A stretch of DNA of 64,000 nt, taken from contig JBILLK010000018.1 of assembly GCA_044376115.1 (NCBI GenBank), forward strand, positions 96,001-160,000, given 5' to 3'. The DNA comes from Polyangiaceae bacterium (lineage in GTDB: Bacteria > Myxococcota_A > Polyangia > Polyangiales > Polyangiaceae). The notes beneath the pieces are model-generated. The model was not told the DNA's origin and made no database searches. It worked only from the letters and a program-made list of their open reading frames with translations. The position numbers were made by a program, and so were the translations under genes. Below, in pieces: positions 53,442 through 61,893 of this stretch. Every line of letters starts with the position of its first letter. Within the stretch, counting starts at the first letter, position 1.

Positions 53442-54725
53442 ATGATGCGTGAGCCGTTGAGCAGCCGATTGGACGCCGTTGAACAGCTGCTCCTCCGGCG
53501 AACCTTACCCGCCCGAGCGGCGACCGCCGTCGACTCGCTGCGTGGGGAGTACGCACGTTGGCGGCAAGCTGGCCGTGTAGCAAGCCGCGACCAGGAAGAG
53601 CTCCTCGGTAGGGTCGGTTCGCACGCGACAGCGGCGGCTACCGTGCTCCATTTGGAAGAGGGCGTCGGGAATCCCTTGGTGGCACCGTTGCTCGCCGTCG
53701 CTCAGGCCGCATCCGCGATGGCCGCAGAAGCCTCGCGGCGCTCGTCGAATGCGAGTCGCCGGGCCGGCCCCAGGCTTCACAGTATGGCCGCCTTGAGAGA
53801 ACATCTTCGGCGTGTCGGGCACGCGCGATACGTGTCCCTCGTCGGCATTTCGGGAACGCTGGACGCCGACGGTGTGGATTTTCGCGGGGCCTCGTTCGAG
53901 GCGGTTGCGCTCGTCGCGGCCCAGCTCGATGGAGCACGGTTCGACGACGCTCGCTTCGCGCGGACGAAGCTCGAGGGTTGCTCGCTCGAGGGCGCGTCTT
54001 TCTGTGGAGCCAGCTTCGACCAGGTGGCCCTGCGTGGATGCAGGCTTGGCTCCAGCCGTTGGCGTGAGGCCAGTGTGGTGCGCGTGGACCTTCGTGACGC
54101 CGACGTGCGAGCCGTGGACTTTCGCGACGCACGCATTGTCCTCGATCCAGCGCTCGAGGGCGCGCTTTTGGCTGGGGTGCGCTTTCGCGCGGCGCAGCTT
54201 CGGGGGGCGAACCTCGCGAACCGAGACCTCACCGGAGCCCACTTCGAGGCCTGCAATCTCACCGGAGCCATCATGGATGGAGCTCGGTTGGACGATGCCG
54301 TGTTGACGGGAGCCCTCCTGAGACAAGCGTCACTTCGCGGCGTAGCAGGCGCGCGCGTCAAGGCGGCCAGAGCCGACCTTGGTGACGCGGAGATCTCGGG
54401 GGCGAAGCTTCCGGGACTCGACGCGCCAGCGCTTTGTGCCCGGCAGGCCCGCTTCACAGCAACGGACCTCAGTGGGAGCAAACTAGAGCACGCCGATCTC
54501 GAGGAGGCGAAGCTAGAGAAAGTGCTCGTGACGAATGGGAACCTGCACGGTGCGCGCATCTCACGAGCTACGCTGCGAGCTTGCTCATTCATTGATGCAA
54601 GATTGTCCTTCGCCGACCTCTCAGCCAGCAGCGCAACCGAATGTCTCTTCGTGGGCGCGGTTCTCGAGGGTATGAAGCGCGACCGAATGTCTGACGAGAA
54701 CAACCAATGGGGTGGCCGTGAGTGA
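53442..54725 (+). CDS. Pentapeptide-repeat protein (TagB-like)
   Basis: Extensive A(D/N/S)(L/F)xx repeats after a helical N-terminus. Confidence 0.88.
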   Translation: MMREPLSSRLDAVEQLLLRRTLPARAATAVDSLRGEYARWRQAGRVASRDQEELLGRVGSHATAAATVLHLEEGVGNPLVAPLLAVAQAASAMAAEASRRSSNASRRAGPRLHSMAALREHLRRVGHARYVSLVGISGTLDADGVDFRGASFEAVALVAAQLDGARFDDARFARTKLEGCSLEGASFCGASFDQVALRGCRLGSSRWREASVVRVDLRDADVRAVDFRDARIVLDPALEGALLAGVRFRAAQLRGANLANRDLTGAHFEACNLTGAIMDGARLDDAVLTGALLRQASLRGVAGARVKAARADLGDAEISGAKLPGLDAPALCARQARFTATDLSGSKLEHADLEEAKLEKVLVTNGNLHGARISRATLRACSFIDARLSFADLSASSATECLFVGAVLEGMKRDRMSDENNQWGGRE

Positions 54726-55284
54726 AGTACGCCAACTAGGTATGAATCCGTTCACACACCGCGATGGTCCATCCTCCGCGGAGGTGCTGCAGGTAGAAGA
54801 CCAGACGGTGCTCGTTCGCCTCCATCACGCGCGAACCGAAGAGGTGCTTCGCGCTGAGCTAGCCGTCATCGGTTACGAGCCTCGCCCGACCGATCGCGTG
54901 CTCGTCCTTCCTGCCGAGGAAGGCCTCTTCGTGGTGGGTGTACTCGGCGAAGCGCGGACGCGAAGACCCGCCGCCCAAGAGACGGTCGTGATCTCAGCCA
55001 CCCAGCGCATCGTCCTAGAAGCTCCAGCGCTGGAGTTGCGCGGTGACACCGCAGCCATCGTCGCAACATCGACGACGTTGACCTCACAGACGCTCGAGGT
55101 CGATGCCAAGCGTGTCGTCGAGCGCGCCGAGGAGACGTACCGCTACGCGAGCGAGTCAGCTCATCTCAACGCGGGAACGATTCGCTCGGTCGCAGACGAC
55201 GCTCACGAAGTCATCGCGCGCCGGGCCTCGATGATCTCTGAAGAAGACACCGTCATCGACGGTGCTCGCGTGCTGCTCGGATGA
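54718..55284 (+). CDS. DUF3540-family T6SS accessory protein (TagC-like)
   Basis: Y.P...DRVLV....FVVGVL and C-terminal T.IDGARVLLG; lies between the pentapeptide and PAAR-like genes. Confidence 0.78.
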   Translation: MSEVRQLGMNPFTHRDGPSSAEVLQVEDQTVLVRLHHARTEEVLRAELAVIGYEPRPTDRVLVLPAEEGLFVVGVLGEARTRRPAAQETVVISATQRIVLEAPALELRGDTAAIVATSTTLTSQTLEVDAKRVVERAEETYRYASESAHLNAGTIRSVADDAHEVIARRASMISEEDTVIDGARVLLG

Positions 55285-55321
55285 CCGCCGTGACATCAAC
55301 GCCCAAGGCAATCGGAAACCA

Positions 55322-55729
55322 GTGATCCCCATTTCCACAAAGGCCGGCGGGACCTGCTTCGCATTTCCTGATGTATGCCTCGTGCCAACGTCGGGTGGCC
55401 CACCGGTCCCAACTCCCTTCCCGAACACCGCGATGTGCCAGCTAGCAGACGGCTCCGTATCGGAGGTGCTGATCGAGAACGCACCTGTGTTGGTCGAGAC
55501 CTCGGTGATCCCGACGAGCAGCGGTGATGAGCCGGGAACGGCGGGTGGAGTCATGTCCGGCACGTTCCGCGGCTGTGTGAAATACCGGACCGCGAGCGGG
55601 AAGGTCTACGCGAAGGGCAAGCGTGTCGTGCTGCTCGGTGCCGTCACTGCACACAACGGTGACAACGCGAACATGCCGGCCGGACAACAGGTCGCGCCTT
55701 CACAGACGCGCGTCCTGGCCTCGTCGTAA
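55322..55729 (+). CDS. PAAR-like DUF4150 spike-tip protein
   Basis: FPDVC..P....P.PFPN.A, S.GDEPGT.GGV.SG, PSQ..V. Confidence 0.9.
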   Translation: MIPISTKAGGTCFAFPDVCLVPTSGGPPVPTPFPNTAMCQLADGSVSEVLIENAPVLVETSVIPTSSGDEPGTAGGVMSGTFRGCVKYRTASGKVYAKGKRVVLLGAVTAHNGDNANMPAGQQVAPSQTRVLASS

Positions 55730-55734
55730 TCGGC

Positions 55735-56811
55735 TCAGTGCAGGTCGCTGGGTTCGCGTGGGGTCACATCCAGTGCGCCAAGCCAAGGAAGCTCTACCCT
55801 CGGCCAGCACCGGAGCCTCTTGCGACAGTCTGCATCGGCGGCACAGACGCTCTTGAGTTCCGTCTCAGTCGGCAATCGCGGCACCGTACCGCCCGGATCG
55901 CACACGAGCGCATTGAAGGAGTCGCGTTTCCATTTGCCGCAGAACGCGCTCTGGCTGCGCGCACCAAACATGCACGACTCTCCCGCTTTGCAATCGCCCT
56001 GGCGCGTGCACCCAAACGCCGGAGCCCTGAAAGACAACACGAGCTCGGACGTCTCGGCCTCGCAGGTTGGTGGCTCGTTCGACTTCCGCGCCATGACGCA
56101 TACTGGTTTCTCCTGCGGACAGCGTTCCTTGTTGGCGCAGGTAGCTCGGCTCGCGGGTGCTCTGCATACCCCCTCGATTCCGTTCTCGTCGTTCAGCAGG
56201 TCGACGCTTCGCGATCGATCACAGGTTGTTCCTCGAGGGCAGGGAGCCCCGCCCTCCTGACAAACCTCCATCCTGCAGAACTCGTGGGCACGAGGCATGC
56301 ACAGGTGCGTAGAAGCAGGCTGAAAGGTATTTAGGCAGCAGGCCTCCGACGCTGCGCAGTCACTAGCGTCGTCACAGTTCGCCAAATAGGGACCAGCTTG
56401 CCCCCCCTTCTCTTGGCGGACGCAAGACCATTGCCTGTTGTCGACGTCCCAATCGCAGTCATGAGTGGAGGCGTCGCAACGGGCCGTGCCGCAGGAAATG
56501 GTCCCCTTGGTTGATCCCGGAGCGCCTGTTCGTGGACCTGTCGGGTCCCGCGGGTCCCGCGCCACCGGCGGCTTGAAAATCGCTGGGCTCTCCGAGGATT
56601 GGGCCGGCGGGGACACGTCGGCGATAGGAAGTGGGGCCTCAACCTCCGGTTGGGTCACGCTCTGCGAAAGCCGGAGCCGTTCCTCGCCCACCATGGGTGA
56701 ACATGCCGCTCCGAGGAGCACAACGAGCGCTGCACACCTCTCCGGAACGTACGTGCACGATGGTCGGCTGACCTTTTGAAGAACCAAGTTCAGCAACATT
56801 GGAGTCGTCAC
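55735..56811 (-). CDS. Cys-rich lipoprotein
   Basis: GAAC lipobox; CDDASDC...CC and CTRQGDC..GESC repeats. Confidence 0.7.
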   Translation of the reverse strand: MTTPMLLNLVLQKVSRPSCTYVPERCAALVVLLGAACSPMVGEERLRLSQSVTQPEVEAPLPIADVSPPAQSSESPAIFKPPVARDPRDPTGPRTGAPGSTKGTISCGTARCDASTHDCDWDVDNRQWSCVRQEKGGQAGPYLANCDDASDCAASEACCLNTFQPASTHLCMPRAHEFCRMEVCQEGGAPCPRGTTCDRSRSVDLLNDENGIEGVCRAPASRATCANKERCPQEKPVCVMARKSNEPPTCEAETSELVLSFRAPAFGCTRQGDCKAGESCMFGARSQSAFCGKWKRDSFNALVCDPGGTVPRLPTETELKSVCAADADCRKRLRCWPRVELPWLGALDVTPREPSDLH

Positions 56812-57785
56812 GGCTTAGCCTTGGTTTTTTTCGGGCTCGCAGGCTTGGGCTCTGGCTTCCACAGAGGGTCTGCCTTGCAGGCTGCGTGCGTGCGATAGAG
56901 AGCGATGCCCAGTAGAGAGTCGGGGACGGGCACCCTACCGTTGGGGAAATGCTCAGCGAAGCGCTTGATACGCTCAAGCTCGGAGTTCTCGTGCTTGGGA
57001 CATGGGAGCTCACAGTACGTCACCTCGTAGGGTTCGCCCCTCACGGGTGCCTTAGGTGACCGGAGTTCGACACCAACCTCCTCGCACAGGTTGCAAACCT
57101 GGGAGCCGCCATCAGCGCAAGACACTCGAACCTTCGGACCACACCAGGGGTCGATCCTCACATCTGTGTATCGAAAGTGCGCGGTGTCTCCTACGACCGG
57201 GCCAACGTCTGCACCGAGGTCGTGGCCAGTAGTGGCGAAAGAATCGACTTCCTCCCAGGTACCATCCGCCCTCTTTCGCTGGGTACCGCCAGAATAGTTA
57301 AAGTCGACACCATCAAGTTTTGCGCCCGCCTTCGAGAAGCGACGCAGGATCTGTCCCTTCTCGAACCGCGCTGGTTCTGGGACGAGCATGGTGATGTAGT
57401 CGTCGCTCGCGCGCACGGCGGTGGCAACTGCACAACGCACACTGTGGGGTTCTAGGTCGACGCTAATGAACAGCTTCACCTCCTGGCCCTTCGGCACCCA
57501 CTCGAGCAAGGGGGCAAAATCTACTTCGGGTGTGAAGTCCCGCAGTTCAGGGAAGCGTGCTCGTGCCCACTCAAGCTCGCGTGCCCAAAACTCAGGGCCG
57601 GGCTCCGCGGGCTCGGCAACAACCAGCGCGGGAGTTGGCACGACCGCGGTCGCGAGGGTGTTCGAGTCAGCCATGGCGCTCACGGTGGCGTGTGCGGCTG
57701 GCGCTGGGCTCCTGGCGTTAGTTGATGGATCCATGCAGCCATGTGCCAGGAGAGAAAAACCAACGACGACAATTCGGCGGCTCAT
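56808..57785 (-). CDS. Hypothetical lipoprotein
   Basis: MSRRIVVVGFSLLAHGC lipobox; GTGA overlap with the next gene. Confidence 0.7.
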   Translation of the reverse strand: MSRRIVVVGFSLLAHGCMDPSTNARSPAPAAHATVSAMADSNTLATAVVPTPALVVAEPAEPGPEFWARELEWARARFPELRDFTPEVDFAPLLEWVPKGQEVKLFISVDLEPHSVRCAVATAVRASDDYITMLVPEPARFEKGQILRRFSKAGAKLDGVDFNYSGGTQRKRADGTWEEVDSFATTGHDLGADVGPVVGDTAHFRYTDVRIDPWCGPKVRVSCADGGSQVCNLCEEVGVELRSPKAPVRGEPYEVTYCELPCPKHENSELERIKRFAEHFPNGRVPVPDSLLGIALYRTHAACKADPLWKPEPKPASPKKTKAKP

Positions 57786-58201
57786 GGCTTCACTGTGATC
57801 GTCACCATGCAGCGCACCCGCTCGCGATTTTTCTCAGGCTCAACATCGCGCCGACAGGAGAACAACGCTCGCGTACACCGTCAAGCCGTTGAGCGTGACG
57901 CAGAGGTGGCATCAACGATCACCTAAAGATTGCTGTTTCATCCTGAGCGTTAGTAGCGAGCTCGGACGTACCGAGTTGGCCATAGCGGCGGCCCCCCGGC
58001 TACGCGGCACTGGTGCGCTTGGAGGGCGCGAAACCGAGCATACGGTTTTATGTTCCGCTGCACCAACCCCCGAAGGACCTACGCCACGGTAAAGCCGCTT
58101 TCGCTCTGGCAATCCGTATGCCCATTAGGCCGAACTACTCGCCACAAAATTCAGCTACAAACAGCAGCAGGCGCAGTTTCCCAACTGGGGACGGACAATC
58201 G

Positions 58202-60400
58202 ATGACCCTTTTGATCTACATCGTCAAGTCGGGGGACTGGCTTGCCAAGATCGCTGAAGACCACGGCACAACGGTCGAAGCGATCTGGAACCACCCAGGG
58301 AACGCGGCGCATCGCGCAAAACGCGGCTCCCCCGACGTACTATACCCGGGGGACGCGCTGCAGATCGATGGTGCCCAGTACGTCGCGCCGCCGGCCCCAG
58401 TGCCACCTTCACCCTTAGAGACTGCTGGGTCTTCGCCCGGCTCGCAAGAGCCGGCCCCATGGCCCTATCCGCAGTACGAGGGGCCGTTTTCCACCAAGCC
58501 TACATGGGAGTGTCCGGGCGGGACGTGCGAGTGTCACCCCGTGCCCGAAGACGAGCCGAAGGACGAGCATGTCATCGTCTTCTACGACAAGCACGGCGTA
58601 CGCATGCCGGGCGCGCGTTGTCGCGTCTATGAGCAAGGTCTCCTGCTCACCCCCGATCCGACTAGCGCAGACGGGAACGGTGAACTGCGCGTCGAACTCA
58701 AGTCCACAACCTCAACGTTACGGGTCGAGTGGGCTCCGCCAAACCTGCCGCTTCACCAGTTCCTGCCCTACAGAAACGCGTACCACGTCAAGATGAGCGA
58801 CGACGGCGACCTTGCCCTCGATCGGCGTCTCGCGAACCTTGGCTTCTTTAAAGGCAGGCGACGGCGAGATAACGTCGCCGACTACCAGCGAGCGTACACG
58901 CGGCCACCGACAGGCAACCCTGACGACATCCGCCTCGAAGTGCTCGAACGACACGACAACGGGACTGTCGAGCCGTTCCATCCGCAGGCGCCAGGCGGGC
59001 CGTCCGAGCAGACACGGTCGCTTTTCGCGGCGCCTAAACCTCGGTCGGGCTCTGCCTTGCGCCTGGCACGTGACGAGCAGTTGGGGGCTGGTGGTGGCGG
59101 GCAGGCGACTCCCTCAGCGCAGAACGCAAAGGGCTCCGTCGTCCCTGCCGTCGCCGATGTGGTCGTGCTCGTCATGCTCTCACCCGACTTCGGGCTGATC
59201 GACCCTAAGAAAACGACGGTTCAGCTGCGGCCGCGGAGCGTTCCGGGAATGGACCAGAAGGAGAGCGAAACCAACATCGAACCCACCGTCATACCGAGCG
59301 GGCCCTCATCACCGTTGAGCTACGAGTTCAAGGACATACGGGTTGGGATCTACGATGCGATTGTCGGCATCGAGGGTGTCAAGCGGCCCGGAGGCCGGAC
59401 CACCTACGCCCTGGGAACGAAGGAGCTGGAGGTGCGTCAGTCGTGGCCCAGCCCAGGCTTGCTGGTAACCGCGGTGGTTGGGAAACCTATTCTGAGTGTC
59501 AGCGACCCGCGGTTGGCTCTGGATATGGAACCCATGCGGCGCCGCCGAAAAGTGCTCGCGACTGTCTTCTCGACATTTCCGCAGTGGGCGGGCGGCGCAG
59601 ATGCGGCGCGGCTCGCCAATCACGCCCCGCCCTACGACCAGGGAGCGTACAAGGACATGATTGCCGATGCATCGCAGAACACGTGCTCGGCGATCAATGC
59701 GATTACCAACAACATTGCCAGTGCGAAAAAAAACAAGATTGATCCGGCGAAGCCCGAGCAAGGCCCCGTACCGGACGGAAACGGAGGTCACTTTGGGTAC
59801 AAGATGAAGCTGCATCCAGCTTACGTGACCTACGCGGAGGGCCTTCTACCAAGCGTAGGGGACTCCGTTTGCTTCCGGGAAGATGACGGACTGATTCACC
59901 ATTGCGGCCTGTTTCTCGGGCTTGTTGAGGTGCAAGACCCGAGCTGGATCAAAGCGCACTGGGATGCCCAGCCCCTACCATCTCCACAGAAGGTGTGGAT
60001 CAGTGCGGACGGGGGCCAACGCACGCCCACTCAGCCCTTCCAGGACGATCCGGAATGGGGCTGGTCCCGACGTTTCAACAATCTCTCGAACGAAGAGGCA
60101 GCCTTCATCCTTCCACGCATCTTCACCACACCGGACGGTCGAGCTGAGGTTCAGAACTGCTACGCCTTTCCGACGACCGTGAGCGACCGACGCATCGTCG
60201 ACGGTTGGCTCGATGTGTCCGACCCACTGGTTCCCTTCCCGAAGCCCGATTACGGCAAGGAACGAGATGAACTCACATACGGAACCGAGAAAGACTACAA
60301 CAGCATTAAAGCTTATCTCCTGAAATTTCCCGCCTTGGTAGAAGCCGATCGGCGCGCCTGTTTCGAGATTCAACACGGGGTACCCCCGTACTCCATCTAA
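58202..60400 (+). CDS. LysM and peptidoglycan-binding protein with a C-terminal Cys-His papain-like domain (candidate T6SS cell-wall effector)
   Basis: YIVKSGDWLAKIA..HG...IWNHP.N...P.VLYPGD (LysM); RLANLGF...VADYQ (PG-binding-like); NTC, PSVGD, HCGLF, WISADGGQ. Confidence 0.72.
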   Translation: MTLLIYIVKSGDWLAKIAEDHGTTVEAIWNHPGNAAHRAKRGSPDVLYPGDALQIDGAQYVAPPAPVPPSPLETAGSSPGSQEPAPWPYPQYEGPFSTKPTWECPGGTCECHPVPEDEPKDEHVIVFYDKHGVRMPGARCRVYEQGLLLTPDPTSADGNGELRVELKSTTSTLRVEWAPPNLPLHQFLPYRNAYHVKMSDDGDLALDRRLANLGFFKGRRRRDNVADYQRAYTRPPTGNPDDIRLEVLERHDNGTVEPFHPQAPGGPSEQTRSLFAAPKPRSGSALRLARDEQLGAGGGGQATPSAQNAKGSVVPAVADVVVLVMLSPDFGLIDPKKTTVQLRPRSVPGMDQKESETNIEPTVIPSGPSSPLSYEFKDIRVGIYDAIVGIEGVKRPGGRTTYALGTKELEVRQSWPSPGLLVTAVVGKPILSVSDPRLALDMEPMRRRRKVLATVFSTFPQWAGGADAARLANHAPPYDQGAYKDMIADASQNTCSAINAITNNIASAKKNKIDPAKPEQGPVPDGNGGHFGYKMKLHPAYVTYAEGLLPSVGDSVCFREDDGLIHHCGLFLGLVEVQDPSWIKAHWDAQPLPSPQKVWISADGGQRTPTQPFQDDPEWGWSRRFNNLSNEEAAFILPRIFTTPDGRAEVQNCYAFPTTVSDRRIVDGWLDVSDPLVPFPKPDYGKERDELTYGTEKDYNSIKAYLLKFPALVEADRRACFEIQHGVPPYSI

Positions 60401-61815
60401 TGCGTATTACCTCGTATCTCCTCGCCGCCGCCCTAGCGCATTCTGGATGTACGGCAGCGCAATCGGTGCCGGAGGACATCGCCATCGTGCCCAGCGCCAG
60501 GACGCCGTCGGCGGCTCAATCGTCGCCGAAGCCGCAGCTCGCCGCCGGAGAAGGCCGCTGCAGTCTCGAGTTGGCCGAACTCTCCGAAGCCGAGCGCACG
60601 CCGAGTCCGGTGTATCTGGTTTACAACGAGGAGCTGTTCCGGGTCGATGCGTTGGGGACCCGACGAATCGACGGGCCGTTAGCGCCGCCGGGGTCCATTG
60701 GCCGCTTCGCCGGGCCACGCGGGACGCTCTGGGTACGACGCGGTGACGGCGTCTTTGTTGTCGGACCGACGGACCGAACGCTGCGACGCGTAGCCCCCCC
60801 GCCTCCCTGGAACAGCTGGCTCGTCGCGCGCGGCATGTCGGACATCTGGGCCATTCGCCTCGAGGCGATAGCCCACTACGACGGTGCAACATGGTCCACG
60901 TGGTCGACCGAGCAACTCTTCGGTGCGGTCCCCCGCAACATCGAGACAACGCAAGACGCCGTTTTTGCTGTGGTCGACGGTAGAGTCTTGAAGGCAGACA
61001 TTGCTGGCGGGGTCCCGGTGCGGATTGCCATTCACCAGCCGGCGTTATCATTTGACACCCTCCTCTCGTCCGGGCGCCAGGTCGTGGTCGCACAGACGGG
61101 TCTAAGCCAGAGTCACTTCGAGCACTGTTTACTCGCGGACTTCTGGCGTTGCGCCCCCGGCGTGAGACGGATTGCTATTGTTGGCCCTTCGGGGATGGTG
61201 GAGTGGCAGGACGGTGCGCTCAGCGCGGCCGCTGACCCCACCTGCATCATCAAGCTCGAGGCCCCTATTGATGACGGTGAATGGCAGCCCGCTTTTAGCA
61301 ACAGCGCCAGAATCGACGGCAACAACAGGCTCTGGGTGCCGGTGGTGAACGGCTTTCGAGTCTTCGACAAACAAGGAGCCGTCGTGGCCGAGTATCGCGC
61401 TGGCATGCTTGAGGGGATCGACGGCCCGGTAACCAACATGATCGTCCCAGGTGGTGGCCCCAAGGGGCTCCCACCGCCGAAGAAGCGCCGAATGATCGAT
61501 GTCGCCGGCAGCCTAAGCCTCCACCGCAGCTCCCAAGCGCTCGGCGGCGCCACTCTCACCCTCCATATCGGGGCCGGCGTGAAGCGCACGGCAACAAGCG
61601 ATACGAGCGGCGCATTCATCCTGAGCGACGTGCCAGAGGGCGACTACGAAGTGACCGTGACACCACGACCAGGTGACCCCGCGTGCCGGGACGCAGAAAC
61701 TGGTTTTCAGTTTCGCACCGCGCACGATTGCGCGGCGAGCAAGGTCGGCTCGGGCGCATGCGACCTTGGGTCGCTATCGCAGTGCAAGCCGAAGTTCCGG
61801 GCACCGCGCTTTTAG
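60400..61815 (+). CDS. Lipoprotein with beta-propeller-like and carboxypeptidase-regulatory-like domains (candidate immunity protein)
   Basis: TAATG coupling; HSGC lipobox; DIWA...HYDG.TW; TSDTSGAF.LSDVPEGDYEVTV. Confidence 0.68.
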   Translation: MRITSYLLAAALAHSGCTAAQSVPEDIAIVPSARTPSAAQSSPKPQLAAGEGRCSLELAELSEAERTPSPVYLVYNEELFRVDALGTRRIDGPLAPPGSIGRFAGPRGTLWVRRGDGVFVVGPTDRTLRRVAPPPPWNSWLVARGMSDIWAIRLEAIAHYDGATWSTWSTEQLFGAVPRNIETTQDAVFAVVDGRVLKADIAGGVPVRIAIHQPALSFDTLLSSGRQVVVAQTGLSQSHFEHCLLADFWRCAPGVRRIAIVGPSGMVEWQDGALSAAADPTCIIKLEAPIDDGEWQPAFSNSARIDGNNRLWVPVVNGFRVFDKQGAVVAEYRAGMLEGIDGPVTNMIVPGGGPKGLPPPKKRRMIDVAGSLSLHRSSQALGGATLTLHIGAGVKRTATSDTSGAFILSDVPEGDYEVTVTPRPGDPACRDAETGFQFRTAHDCAASKVGSGACDLGSLSQCKPKFRAPRF

Positions 61816-61893
61816 ACTCGCTTCAGTCGTCGCAGCGTCCATCCGCTGCCACCCAGTTCCAACACGTGATACGCGTCGAGCAGAGAGGCACAC

